DNA of 38,803 nucleotides from the IMG/VR virus record IMGVR_UViG_3300010244_000062, positions 1 to 38,803 of that record. The stretch is one strand, 5' to 3'. Made by a program: the position numbers and the translations under genes. Position 1 is the first letter of the stretch. Every line of letters begins with the position of its first letter. Source of the DNA: a virus (lineage: Duplodnaviria > Caudoviricetes). Under the pieces are notes generated by a model. The model ran no database searches and was not told where the DNA came from. It saw nothing but the letters and a program-made list of their open reading frames with translations. Positions 9,006-18,277 of the stretch are shown here, piece after piece.

Positions 9006-11330
9006 TCACCACTCTACTTGCTTATCTGTGAAATGTTGTCTTTCTTGTTCTCTGCTGAAGTGACGTATCAGTCCTTCTGCTTCATAACCACCAATATTTA
9101 TAGTCGCATATTCATCTTTTGCAGGTGTTACATTTACGTTTCCTGCAATTTTAGGGATATTTACCGCATGATTAACATTCCCTTTAATGGTTTGGCTTGC
9201 ATTTCTTATTTGTGACTGTAATTTATCTGCAAAATCCGCATTTCTTAATTCTGGTTTAAATGCATTTGTGGCAGTTTCACCCATGTTTCTAAATTTCCGA
9301 ATGACGCTGTTTTTCATGCTTTCAACACCGTTGTTCATACCTTCAAAAAGCCATACACCGTATTGCCTGAATAGCTTGGAAGGTGATCCGAAACTGAAAA
9401 TGCTTGTGACTGTTGAAATAACACTGTTCGCCACGTCACCTACTGCACTCACTGCATTTCCAATCATTGATGTGATACCATCAATCAATCCTTGAATTAA
9501 GTCTTTACCAAACTGAAGCATTTTGCTTGGTAAATCTTGCAGAAATTCCCAAATGTTATTCCAGACGTTCTGTATAGCTGTTTTTGCATCATTCATTTTC
9601 TCTTTTATACTGTTAACAATGTTTTGGAATCCGTTTGAAATCGTATCCCAGATATTGCTTACCGTGTTTGAAATAAATGATGTGATGTTATTCCAGATGT
9701 TTGATAAGAAATTCCATACTGAAGTAAAAATATTTATAGTGGTGTCTAATATCCAATTCCAGGCTGATTGTATGATGTTCCAGATACCTTGCACCGACAT
9801 TTGGAATAATAAAACACCATAATCCCAGAAACTGGATAAAAACTGTCCGATAGAAGAAAATACAGATTTGGTCGCTGCCCAAATTTTATCCCATTGAGAA
9901 ACGATTATAGCAGCTATTGCTATGACTGCACTTATAACAATTGTTATTGGATTCACTAATCTTAGAATCCAGCTTCCGATTCTGAGTATCCAGGGTAATA
10001 CTGTTCTTATGGCTCCACCAATACCCCTTAGAACTGTTCCAGCAAAATTCATGATAGGTGGAATGATTCGATTTAAGAAGTTTCCAAACTTAGCGAATGC
10101 TTGTAATAACTTAGCACCAACCCAATTCCAAACACGTTTAAAGGCTGGAATGACTGTATTTTTCAAGATATTACTTATGGCTGTAAAGGCAGCAATCCCG
10201 ACTGAAATAAGTGGCCATAAAAAGCTGAATGCACTTATTAACATACCAATAACCGTTGTGACAATTGAAATGATAGGGAATGTTTCCAGCATTCCTGCTG
10301 CCCATTCTGCAAAACTGGCCACAAGTGATAAAACTTTTGATGCTAGTGGTGCAATTGCAACACCAAAGGCAATCATACCTGATACGATACTGCCTACCAG
10401 CTGTAATAATTTCGGGCCATTTTGATTAACATAATCAATAAATTGTTGGAATCCCTGGCTTTGCCCTACTTTTTGCGACCATGCAAGAAAGGATTCTGAC
10501 ATACTCAATAAGCCATCTCCCATGTTTTGCGCTGTTGGTGCAAAGGCAACCATCAAATTCATAATGCCCCTCATGACATTTCCAAATACAGCACCAAATG
10601 TTTCAATCATTGGCTGTGCTGTCGAATTGAGAAAGTCAAAAAACCGTTGCATATCAGGCTGTTTGAATGCTTCACCCATAGAAATAGAAAGATTATCAAA
10701 CGCCTGTACTGCACCAGCAAACATTGGTTCTAATCTTTGTATTAAACCGCCCAATTGTTCCAAACTACGATTGAATATATTTAAAATATCTGGTTGAAAC
10801 TGTGAAGCAAAATTCGACCATCCAGCTTGAAATTGTTGCAACGCCATCAAACTGCCTTGTTGTGCACCAGTCAGATTATTATATTGCTGCGATATTTCCT
10901 GAAGGATTTCTGCCCTTTCTTCTGCATCAGACGTATTGGCCAATTCTTCCTGTAATTTGTTCACTTCTTCACTTGCTTCAAACACATCATTTAAAGCTGT
11001 GACAGCAACTGCACCAAATCCAACTGCACCAGCACCAGCAGACACAAATGCACTGGCAAGACCGCCGAGCGCACCAACTGCGCTGGCAACTGCTGGCACA
11101 ATGGTGGGAGCGATCATACCAAAAGCACCGCCAATAACGCTTTGCGCCAACAATCCAACGTTCCTGAAATTGTTGGCCAACTCATCAATTCTTTTGTTCA
11201 CGTTATCCGCATTGGTTTTGATATTTACCCTGACAGTATTTGGGATTTTTCTTAATGTATTGGTAACTTCCCGCATTTTCCTTTGAAATTCACCAATTTT
11301 AGCACCAATGCTGGCTTCCATTTCTGCCAA
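9006..11330 (-). CDS. Tape measure protein
   Basis: 774 aa, TM region, 11-residue W/F repeats, C-terminal GSPSK. Confidence 0.9.
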   Translation of the reverse strand: MAEMEASIGAKIGEFQRKMREVTNTLRKIPNTVRVNIKTNADNVNKRIDELANNFRNVGLLAQSVIGGAFGMIAPTIVPAVASAVGALGGLASAFVSAGAGAVGFGAVAVTALNDVFEASEEVNKLQEELANTSDAEERAEILQEISQQYNNLTGAQQGSLMALQQFQAGWSNFASQFQPDILNIFNRSLEQLGGLIQRLEPMFAGAVQAFDNLSISMGEAFKQPDMQRFFDFLNSTAQPMIETFGAVFGNVMRGIMNLMVAFAPTAQNMGDGLLSMSESFLAWSQKVGQSQGFQQFIDYVNQNGPKLLQLVGSIVSGMIAFGVAIAPLASKVLSLVASFAEWAAGMLETFPIISIVTTVIGMLISAFSFLWPLISVGIAAFTAISNILKNTVIPAFKRVWNWVGAKLLQAFAKFGNFLNRIIPPIMNFAGTVLRGIGGAIRTVLPWILRIGSWILRLVNPITIVISAVIAIAAIIVSQWDKIWAATKSVFSSIGQFLSSFWDYGVLLFQMSVQGIWNIIQSAWNWILDTTINIFTSVWNFLSNIWNNITSFISNTVSNIWDTISNGFQNIVNSIKEKMNDAKTAIQNVWNNIWEFLQDLPSKMLQFGKDLIQGLIDGITSMIGNAVSAVGDVANSVISTVTSIFSFGSPSKLFRQYGVWLFEGMNNGVESMKNSVIRKFRNMGETATNAFKPELRNADFADKLQSQIRNASQTIKGNVNHAVNIPKIAGNVNVTPAKDEYATINIGGYEAEGLIRHFSREQERQHFTDKQVEW

Positions 11331-11339
11331 TTACATCAC

Positions 11340-11765
11340 CTACCTTTCTTTAATAGTGATGTTGTCCAAGATTTCCTGTTGTCGTTTATATTTCTCTTGC
11401 AATTCTTCTTCACTTGGCTGATTTTCCATCCGCTTCAGTTTTTCACGATCAAATAAATCTGTTGCCTTCAGATTTTTCTTATCTGAATGATGGGCAACCC
11501 TCATGAACATGGCCTGCAGCGACATCATTTCCATGTGGTCATATTGCTTTTCAACATACTGCTCCATCATTAGAAAAAACTCTTTGTGTGTCAGATGCAG
11601 CACTTCTTCTGGCTTTAAATCCAAATAACGGTATCCATCTTTCTGCATCTGCTCAATATCAATAACATTTTCATTAACATTAATGTTATTTATTTCATGA
11701 TTGCTTCCATCTGTGCTTTCGTTGTTGGATCTGCTTCTGTCATCTTGTCTATCATTTCCTTGAAG
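11340..11765 (-). CDS. Tail assembly chaperone, -1 frameshift extension (gpGT-like)
   Basis: The -1 frame is open from the slippery site at 11771-11765 to the stop at 11340. Confidence 0.75.
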   Translation of the reverse strand, partial: LQGNDRQDDRSRSNNESTDGSNHEINNINVNENVIDIEQMQKDGYRYLDLKPEEVLHLTHKEFFLMMEQYVEKQYDHMEMMSLQAMFMRVAHHSDKKNLKATDLFDREKLKRMENQPSEEELQEKYKRQQEILDNITIKER

Positions 11766-12055
11766 AAAAAACTATCAATAATAACTTCTTTGATAATCTT
11801 GTACATATCAGACAGTGACAATTCTTCTTTTTCCAGCTTATTTTCAATTTCTTGTTCAACTTTCTTTCTTGTGATGCCATCCTCGGTATGCTTCAAACCG
11901 TAATAAACAACATCTGTGAAAGTGTCCAGACTTCCTTGCATAGCTGCAGACAAGAACATCATTGTTCCACCCTCATATCTTTTATCAATCGCTTTAATGC
12001 TTTTTCCTGTTATTTTCAGTTCATATTCCGTTCCATCAATTTCAAATACTGCCAT
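11690..12055 (-). CDS. Tail assembly chaperone (gpG-like)
   Basis: Located before TMP; N-terminus MAVFEIDGTEYELK; internal T TTT TTC. Confidence 0.85.
   Translation of the reverse strand: MAVFEIDGTEYELKITGKSIKAIDKRYEGGTMMFLSAAMQGSLDTFTDVVYYGLKHTEDGITRKKVEQEIENKLEKEELSLSDMYKIIKEVIIDSFFFKEMIDKMTEADPTTKAQMEAIMK
11765..11771 (-). other. -1 programmed ribosomal frameshift heptamer U UUU UUC
   Basis: AGT TTT TTC in the chaperone frame; the -1 frame has TAG immediately before and no stop for 141 codons after. Confidence 0.8.
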
Positions 12056-12074
12056 TTATATCATCCTTTTTCTT

Positions 12075-12731
12075 TTATTTTTCAGCTGCCAAATTCCGTA
12101 TGGCTGCAATTTCATGCCCTAACCGTATAGCTCGATCCAATGCATTGGCATAATCATAAAATTCTTGCACTGGATTTTCTCTATTTGCGCTGGAAAAGTC
12201 ATTGTTTTTGAAAAATGCCTGCCTTTGTGCAGTGCTGATTTCCAATTGAACACCTTTTCCCCTCAAATTTTTATTGCATATATTGTCAGGGTCGTTTCCA
12301 TTGATTCCAACTGGGGCATTTTCCACAACATTGAAACCAGATTTCATCAATTCATCCCTGATAATATCCATCATTTCAAAATCCATACCGCCTAAATAAG
12401 TGTTTTTTTCTGTTCCTTCATAACCATGAAGAAAAACAGAGTGGTACATCATACTGTTCATTTTTAAAGCTGTTGGTTCATTAAAATTCGTGGATGTGAT
12501 GTGCAAAGATGTATTTCCAGATGATTTGATTCCATCAAATGAATAACATGAATGATTATTTTTATGGCCAATGTAATGTGCCAATTCAGATGTTCCGGGT
12601 TCAATCCCGCCGCCATGTATGGCACTTACCAAAACTTTAGAAAAGGCGCTGACCGATAAATCAATTTTATAGTCAGCACCCGCTATTTCATTGTTGGCTA
12701 ATTCTTGAAAATTACTGTAAATATCAGCCAT
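12075..12731 (-). CDS. Poly-gamma-glutamate hydrolase (PghP-like)
   Basis: AIHGGGIEPGTSELA, LHITSTNFNEP, LHG and GVQLEIS motifs. Confidence 0.88.
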   Translation of the reverse strand: MADIYSNFQELANNEIAGADYKIDLSVSAFSKVLVSAIHGGGIEPGTSELAHYIGHKNNHSCYSFDGIKSSGNTSLHITSTNFNEPTALKMNSMMYHSVFLHGYEGTEKNTYLGGMDFEMMDIIRDELMKSGFNVVENAPVGINGNDPDNICNKNLRGKGVQLEISTAQRQAFFKNNDFSSANRENPVQEFYDYANALDRAIRLGHEIAAIRNLAAEK

Positions 12732-13222
12732 TAAAAATCAACCAACGTGCATGTTGTAATTGTTGCGTCAGCAGTGCCATTATTCGATATTCTAATTCGT
12801 GCAAATTTATTTTTTGCATCAATCACAACTCCGCCATTGTCAGAACCAGTCACGTTCAATACTTCTTCATAAGGGATCATAATGCTGTTATCTGTACCAG
12901 GAACAATATATCCAACCTCAACTGTAAAATCTGTGGCTGTTTCCCATCTGACCCCAATACCAATTTTGTTACCCTGTACTGTGTGATTGAACAATGTTCC
13001 CACACCAGCAGGAACCGAATCGCCTTGTTTATATTCTGAGTATGGCGCACGCTCAATTGGCATTTTTTCGCCATCAGCAACTTTAATGCCTTCAACATCA
13101 ACTGGCAAAACAGTATTAGAACCAGTTACATGTATATCTGTAACTGGCTCACCATCACCATTATCTCTGGCAGATGTGAACAATGTTTTTCCCGCTTGTG
13201 TAACTCGGTTTAAAAAACTCAT
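12731..13222 (-). CDS. Hypothetical beta-rich protein in the tail operon
   Basis: 163 aa; TAATG overlaps at both ends. Confidence 0.7.
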   Translation of the reverse strand: MSFLNRVTQAGKTLFTSARDNGDGEPVTDIHVTGSNTVLPVDVEGIKVADGEKMPIERAPYSEYKQGDSVPAGVGTLFNHTVQGNKIGIGVRWETATDFTVEVGYIVPGTDNSIMIPYEEVLNVTGSDNGGVVIDAKNKFARIRISNNGTADATITTCTLVDF

Positions 13223-13761
13223 TATTCAGCTTCCCCCAAATCAATGGTTTGTGTTTGCGTTTCACTTCCTGAACCTGATTCATCATCTGAATCATTTCCA
13301 GGTGAATGATCTGGCGCACCTTCAGGAATGTTTTCAATTTCAATATCTCGCATTTCACCATTCAATGTGGCTTCAACCGAATAAGTTAGGTTTGAGCCAT
13401 TTTCCGAACTCTTTTCATAATTGGATAGCTGGAAAAGACCTCTTTCCCCTCTTTTAGTCCTTAAATTAATTTCAACAATTTCTACGAAAATGTGTTGTCT
13501 GATTGCCTTTTTAATATATGGCATTGTCATATCGCCTTCTGTGTGAACACCTTCAAAAGAAACAGTTTCAGTGTTTGCGCCATAACCAGAACCAGTTTTA
13601 TCTTTGGTGTTCAATTCTGTACTTTCTGATTCAATGGTGTACGTACCAGTGTTTTGATTATATACACGCTTCAGCTGCTCTGAAGATTCACCTGTTTCTG
13701 AAGGCGGTAAAACAATTGCATATACAATATCTCCACCTTGCATTTCTGGTGCTTGTGGCAT
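13222..13761 (-). CDS. Major tail tube protein (SPP1 gp17.1/TP901-1-like)
   Basis: Synteny; ELNTKDKTG, VSFEG and TYSVEATLNG motifs. Confidence 0.8.
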   Translation of the reverse strand: MPQAPEMQGGDIVYAIVLPPSETGESSEQLKRVYNQNTGTYTIESESTELNTKDKTGSGYGANTETVSFEGVHTEGDMTMPYIKKAIRQHIFVEIVEINLRTKRGERGLFQLSNYEKSSENGSNLTYSVEATLNGEMRDIEIENIPEGAPDHSPGNDSDDESGSGSETQTQTIDLGEAE

Positions 13762-13767
13762 AATTCA

Positions 13768-14145
13768 TCATTCCTTTCCGATTCTAAAATTAAAAGCCAT
13801 GGTGCTATGAAAAACGCCATCATTATCAATTCTTGTTGTTATATCTTCCAAAGAAGATACTGATACATAAAAGCCATTTTCCAGCACCAAAAGGCTTTTC
13901 AATGATTCCATAACATTACTGATAATATTATTGATTTCCTTTTTGTTAATGGAACTACTATAAGCATGGATTGTATGAACAATTTCCATGAAATAGCCAG
14001 TTTTGGTGTGTGCGCTTATAATATATTCTTCACCCATGGCAACCAATGGATAAGTTGCGCTTGTTGGTACATATTGATATACGTTCAGTCCAGCATCTTG
14101 CAAAGTGTTGAAAATGCCAATCTGTAATGCTTCATTACCAATCAT
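13768..14145 (-). CDS. Tail completion protein (gp17/DUF3168-like)
   Basis: ALQ..IF, VY..VP...YP motifs and synteny. Confidence 0.7.
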   Translation of the reverse strand: MIGNEALQIGIFNTLQDAGLNVYQYVPTSATYPLVAMGEEYIISAHTKTGYFMEIVHTIHAYSSSINKKEINNIISNVMESLKSLLVLENGFYVSVSSLEDITTRIDNDGVFHSTMAFNFRIGKE

Positions 14146-14591
14146 CCTTCCACCACCTCATCCATAATCTGCTGCAAATCATCAATAAAATCTTTTCTTG
14201 CTGTCAGAAAAGCTGGGAACATGAAAGGCATTGGCTTTGTTCCTGGATGCATCACCGACTTGGCAAACACCGTATTTCCACCGACTTCAAATTTCAATGC
14301 ATTGGCTGTTTTTGCGCTTATTTTGTGCGGTTTTGTACCGTATTCCATAAATGGCGCATAAAAAACATTTGTTGAAATTCTGCCGGACAATCCACGATTA
14401 AAAAAATCACTTGTAATGGATCTTTGTAGATGTCCTGTTTTGTAAGGTGCTTTTTTCTTTGCGTCACCTTCCATTTGATAGGTGTGTTTTGTCACGCTGT
14501 TTTTAACTTGGGATTCCATTTCCTTTGACATTTTTTCAAATCTTGCAATCAATTCTTTTTGTCCTTCCCATTCAATCGTTACCCTACTCAT
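14142..14591 (-). CDS. HK97 gp10-like protein (start refined to 14591)
   Basis: APYKTGHLQRSI, YAPFMEYGT and HPGTKPMPFMFPA motifs. Confidence 0.85.
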   Translation of the reverse strand: MSRVTIEWEGQKELIARFEKMSKEMESQVKNSVTKHTYQMEGDAKKKAPYKTGHLQRSITSDFFNRGLSGRISTNVFYAPFMEYGTKPHKISAKTANALKFEVGGNTVFAKSVMHPGTKPMPFMFPAFLTARKDFIDDLQQIMDEVVEG

Positions 14592-14886
14592 GGGAATCAC
14601 GCTCCAAATTAAGAACTGTTTCATTTCTGAAAAGCCTTGTATACACAACGTTATAAAATCGACTGCTGTCCAGTGGGTATTCCACCTTTTGCACATCTTT
14701 TTCACGACCTCTTAAATGCATAATGAAGGCTTCAGCGTTTGTTTTTCCGTATAAGTCTACCTGTTCTGTGAAAGAAAGTGTTTGAACACTGCATGGCTTT
14801 ATTTGGCTGGTTTCTGTCGAATCCAAACCCAAAGGTGTGTTATTGTAAGTAATTTTTATTAATTGCGCCCTGTCATTGTATCTCAT
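14584..14886 (-). CDS. Head closure/head-tail joining protein
   Basis: Synteny; MRYNDR N-terminus. Confidence 0.65.
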   Translation of the reverse strand: MRYNDRAQLIKITYNNTPLGLDSTETSQIKPCSVQTLSFTEQVDLYGKTNAEAFIMHLRGREKDVQKVEYPLDSSRFYNVVYTRLFRNETVLNLERDSHE

Positions 14887-15215
14887 TTCAGGAACTTCAC
14901 CTTTCCTTTACCATGCGCTTCTTTGTCTTTGTTCAAATATCCATCCAATTCATCCGTATATGAATCAAAAGGATCCCCATCTTTGAATGATAGGGATTTC
15001 CCTTCCTGGCTTTCACTTGTCAATCCTTCACTACCAATACGGTTGTAGCGAATGATGGTCAACTCTTTAATGACCCATTCCAATTCTTTGGGGATCTCAT
15101 TTTCTCCAATATAGTTTTTTACCCTTTGGGAATAATCATCAATGATTTCATTCAGCAAATCATCCTGAAGATTATCATTAAAATCTAAATAAATTTTCAC
15201 TTTATCAAGGATCAT
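14883..15215 (-). CDS. Head-tail connector (gp15-like)
   Basis: IPKELEWVIKELTIIRYNRIGSEGLTSESQEG. Confidence 0.85.
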   Translation of the reverse strand: MILDKVKIYLDFNDNLQDDLLNEIIDDYSQRVKNYIGENEIPKELEWVIKELTIIRYNRIGSEGLTSESQEGKSLSFKDGDPFDSYTDELDGYLNKDKEAHGKGKVKFLK

Positions 15216-15219
15216 TAAA

Positions 15220-15303
15220 TCATCCCTTTTTCTTTTTGCCTTTTAGTTTGCGATTCTTTTTCAACCGCATATCTTTTGTACCGCCTTTTTTCGCCTTTGC
15301 CAC
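15220..15303 (-). CDS. 27-aa highly basic peptide (not in the ORF track)
   Basis: GTG start after GGTGA; MAKAKKGGTKDMRLKKNRKLKGKKKKG fills the capsid-connector gap. Confidence 0.6.
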   Translation of the reverse strand: MAKAKKGGTKDMRLKKNRKLKGKKKKG

Positions 15304-15317
15304 ATTATCACCAATCC

Positions 15318-16250
15318 TTATTTTTTAGTGCTTTTTGTTGATTGTGTGGAAGTTTCACCGCCAGAACTACCTGAAAATGTAACTTTTGCAACTGCTGCTT
15401 TGTTATCTTCAAGCATGAATTCGCCTGCTTTACCTGCACCTTGCAATGCTACCCCGTCGAAGTCTTCTGATTCAATAGTTCTGGAAGTATTAATACCAGT
15501 AAAGGCTTTCGCTACATTTGGAACATAAACATAAGCTACATCGCCATTTTGGAAAAGATTTGAAGGCAATGGCTGAATAACAAAATCCTTGAACATGGAT
15601 ACTTCATTTTGATCAATGTCCACGCTGGAACCTTTTCCTGCTGTCGCCAAACCACCATTTACAATCGTGTTATATAATTCAGCATTAACACGTGCAATTT
15701 TCGTTCCTGCCACTTCATTATCAAGATAATGCTTATATAATTCATCAAATAATGCAGTCACATTTTCGTCTGAATAACCAGTTAGTTCTTTGGTTACACC
15801 TGCGTTATTAGAAATGAATGCACTATGGTTTTGATTGAATTTTTTAACCTTAGCTTGTGCTTGCAGTTCCAAACGATCTGCAACTGCTGCGTCAAAATTA
15901 TTATTTACTGTGTGGCGGTCAATTCCTTCATGATATACCCATTCCCATGTGTATGGTACAGGTGTATCAGTGTAAATAATTTCTGTACGTTCACCAAAAC
16001 GTGAACTGTTCGCTGTTCCTGTTCCAAATGCTGTGTTTTCGCTTGCATCATAATCATTTCCAACAACAACTGGAATGTCACTTGTTTTTACATAAAATGC
16101 ATTTTCATTGTGCTGTACTCCATCCATGGCTGAAATTTGGCCACCGAAAAAGTCTCTGAAATATGCTTGTTTATTGAACACCGCTTGCAGTAATTCTCTA
16201 AATTGTTTTTGGTAGCTACGTGCTGCCAGTTCTTCATTGCTTGTTGGCAT
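15318..16250 (-). CDS. Major capsid protein
   Basis: 310 aa, follows the scaffold gene; strong RBS AAGGAG. Confidence 0.8.
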   Translation of the reverse strand: MPTSNEELAARSYQKQFRELLQAVFNKQAYFRDFFGGQISAMDGVQHNENAFYVKTSDIPVVVGNDYDASENTAFGTGTANSSRFGERTEIIYTDTPVPYTWEWVYHEGIDRHTVNNNFDAAVADRLELQAQAKVKKFNQNHSAFISNNAGVTKELTGYSDENVTALFDELYKHYLDNEVAGTKIARVNAELYNTIVNGGLATAGKGSSVDIDQNEVSMFKDFVIQPLPSNLFQNGDVAYVYVPNVAKAFTGINTSRTIESEDFDGVALQGAGKAGEFMLEDNKAAVAKVTFSGSSGGETSTQSTKSTKK

Positions 16251-16264
16251 TTATATCATTCTCC

Positions 16265-16912
16265 TTATTTATATTTGTTCAATTTTTCTTGAAAAGGATC
16301 ATCTTCTGTTTTTGTTGTTCCAGATGATGGCGTTTTGCCTGACAATCGTTCTTTCACTTTGCTTTCAGTGCCTTCATCAAAGAACTTTTTGAGGATTTCA
16401 ACCCCTTTTTCCGTATCGCCTGCGTAATCACCCATGACAACACTTACAACATCAGTCGCATGGTCTGGTGATAGTCCAGCTTCGTGATAATTGGAAATCG
16501 TGCTGGCTTTTAATTCTTCACGCTTCAGCTTTTCTTCTCTTTTGTCCAATTCTTCCTGGCGTTTTTGCATTTCTGCATCTTGTCTTTCTTTCTGGTTCAT
16601 TTTAGCCAGGCGTTCCGCTTCTTCACGTTCTTGCTGCAGACGTTCTTCCATTTCCTGCTTCATTTTTTCTTGCTGACTTTCCAGTGCCTTGCTCAATTTA
16701 CGATCCGATTCACTTTCAATTTTCTTATCCAGTTCTTCCTGTGTCAGTGTGATTTCTTCATTATCACCATTATCATTTTGGTTATTATCATCATTAACAT
16801 TATTGTTATCATTAACAGTATCATCTGGATTGTTGTTATCATCACCATCAGCAAAGAACTGAAGATTCATTCTCAATGGATTTCTATATGAATCGTTTAA
16901 TACTTTTTTCAT
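16265..16912 (-). CDS. Capsid scaffolding protein (DUF4355-like) with Prp cleavage motif
   Basis: Acidic coiled coil; N-terminal LRMNLQFFA. Confidence 0.85.
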   Translation of the reverse strand: MKKVLNDSYRNPLRMNLQFFADGDDNNNPDDTVNDNNNVNDDNNQNDNGDNEEITLTQEELDKKIESESDRKLSKALESQQEKMKQEMEERLQQEREEAERLAKMNQKERQDAEMQKRQEELDKREEKLKREELKASTISNYHEAGLSPDHATDVVSVVMGDYAGDTEKGVEILKKFFDEGTESKVKERLSGKTPSSGTTKTEDDPFQEKLNKYK

Positions 16913-17055
16913 TCGTTATACCTCCACCCATGAACACGTTATATTTACACTTCGATAAAATCAGTCCAAATAAACGCCCTCACACGTTTTTTGTAAACAG
17001 TTTAATGTCTTATTCAGGACAAGCATAAAAACTGCACACAACCCTTTATTTTTAC

Positions 17056-17280
17056 TTATTTTGCTATGTTGGTGTTTTCTTCTGTTGCAATTTCCCAATC
17101 ATCCTGCAAAATTCCGCTTATCGTAAACAAAATATCATTCGTATCTGTAAAATTGACAACATCACCATTTTTGGTGTGCATTTCAATATTTCCGTATTTA
17201 TACACCCAATATCCTTTCCAAGGCTTTCTTTTGATTGGCGTTCCAGCTATGAATGTTTGAAATAATTCTTTGAATGTCAT
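17056..17280 (-). CDS. tad2: Tad2/DUF2829-family anti-defence sponge protein
   Basis: MTF..........IKRKPWKG......ILQDDWEI pattern; 74 aa. Confidence 0.7.
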   Translation of the reverse strand: MTFKELFQTFIAGTPIKRKPWKGYWVYKYGNIEMHTKNGDVVNFTDTNDILFTISGILQDDWEIATEENTNIAK

Positions 17281-17380
17281 GAAATCATCCTTTCAATTTC
17301 TGAAAAAATCAGTAGGCTTTTTTATATCCAGCTTTTTCATGATATAAGATTTTAATTTATTAAACATTTTCGATTTCCTT

Positions 17381-18277
17381 TCATTCCACATAAGGGATAA
17401 TTAAGCAGCGATCTAATGGATGAATAGGTGGAATATTTAACCCTTGCTGCCTTTCACTCAATAGAAAAACCTGATTATCTAACCTGTTGCAAGGAATACA
17501 AGTTTTTTCGTCATCATGCGCAATGAATTGATATTTTTCCAATCCATTGTCCTCATAACCTCTAGCTGTCGTTTCAGTCATTACAAAATTGCTTTCAGTG
17601 CGTATCAATCTTTCTGAAGCAAATTCACTGTTTCCAACTTGTTTTTGCAGCTGTTTGGTCATGTTTGGAATGCTATCGCCCCTTATAAGTCCTGACCGAA
17701 TCACATTGTTCAAATTGCGTACCAATTTGTCTTTGTGTCGCCATAACCTATCGCTGAACATTTCCCCAGACCATGGATTGTTAATAATAAATCGTATGTC
17801 TTCAATTGGAAGCCTTGCAAATTCGCCCATCATGGCATTCGCTTCCTGATATGATTCCTGTGCCACTTTGGCCAGATGTTCTTCCATGGTGACTTGTACA
17901 TCGCCATATATATCAATCAATTGCAAATCCAATTTACTAATCAAAAGATGCATCCTTGTAAGTCTTGTTTTACCTCTTAACAATTCCAGGTGTTCTTCCT
18001 GTTGTGGTGTTAAATCATTTCTTCTTTGCAATCGGTCAATTTCTCTTTGAAAATTCCTTATATCCGTTTGGGATAGTTTTTGTATGGCATCTTGCAAAGT
18101 CATTTCATTTTGATAGGCAAACATATTGTAAAAAGCGTTTATATCTTCAATCAATTCCTGCCTGGCATAAGTGAAGATTTCACCCAATTCCTTTATAACT
18201 TCATTTTCTGCCTTTTCCACTGCATCATCCAGGTTTTTGGCTCGCCTTTTCCAATATTGCTGATTACTTTCAGCCAT
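17381..18277 (-). CDS. Minor head protein (SPP1 gp7/Mu F)
   Basis: FSDRLW, RLIRTE, TCIPC and PPIHPLDRC motifs. Confidence 0.88.
   Translation of the reverse strand: MAESNQQYWKRRAKNLDDAVEKAENEVIKELGEIFTYARQELIEDINAFYNMFAYQNEMTLQDAIQKLSQTDIRNFQREIDRLQRRNDLTPQQEEHLELLRGKTRLTRMHLLISKLDLQLIDIYGDVQVTMEEHLAKVAQESYQEANAMMGEFARLPIEDIRFIINNPWSGEMFSDRLWRHKDKLVRNLNNVIRSGLIRGDSIPNMTKQLQKQVGNSEFASERLIRTESNFVMTETTARGYEDNGLEKYQFIAHDDEKTCIPCNRLDNQVFLLSERQQGLNIPPIHPLDRCLIIPYVE

Noticed and set aside
13222-13240. Frameshift extending the major tail protein (as in SPP1 gp17.1*)
   Set aside because: GGGGGAA is not a canonical heptamer, and the -1 frame hits TGA before the next gene; the G run is better explained as an RBS
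16913-17055. Structured RNA upstream of the scaffold gene
   Set aside because: Only a weak 4-5 bp hairpin (TGTC...GACA) is visible; comparative data would be needed
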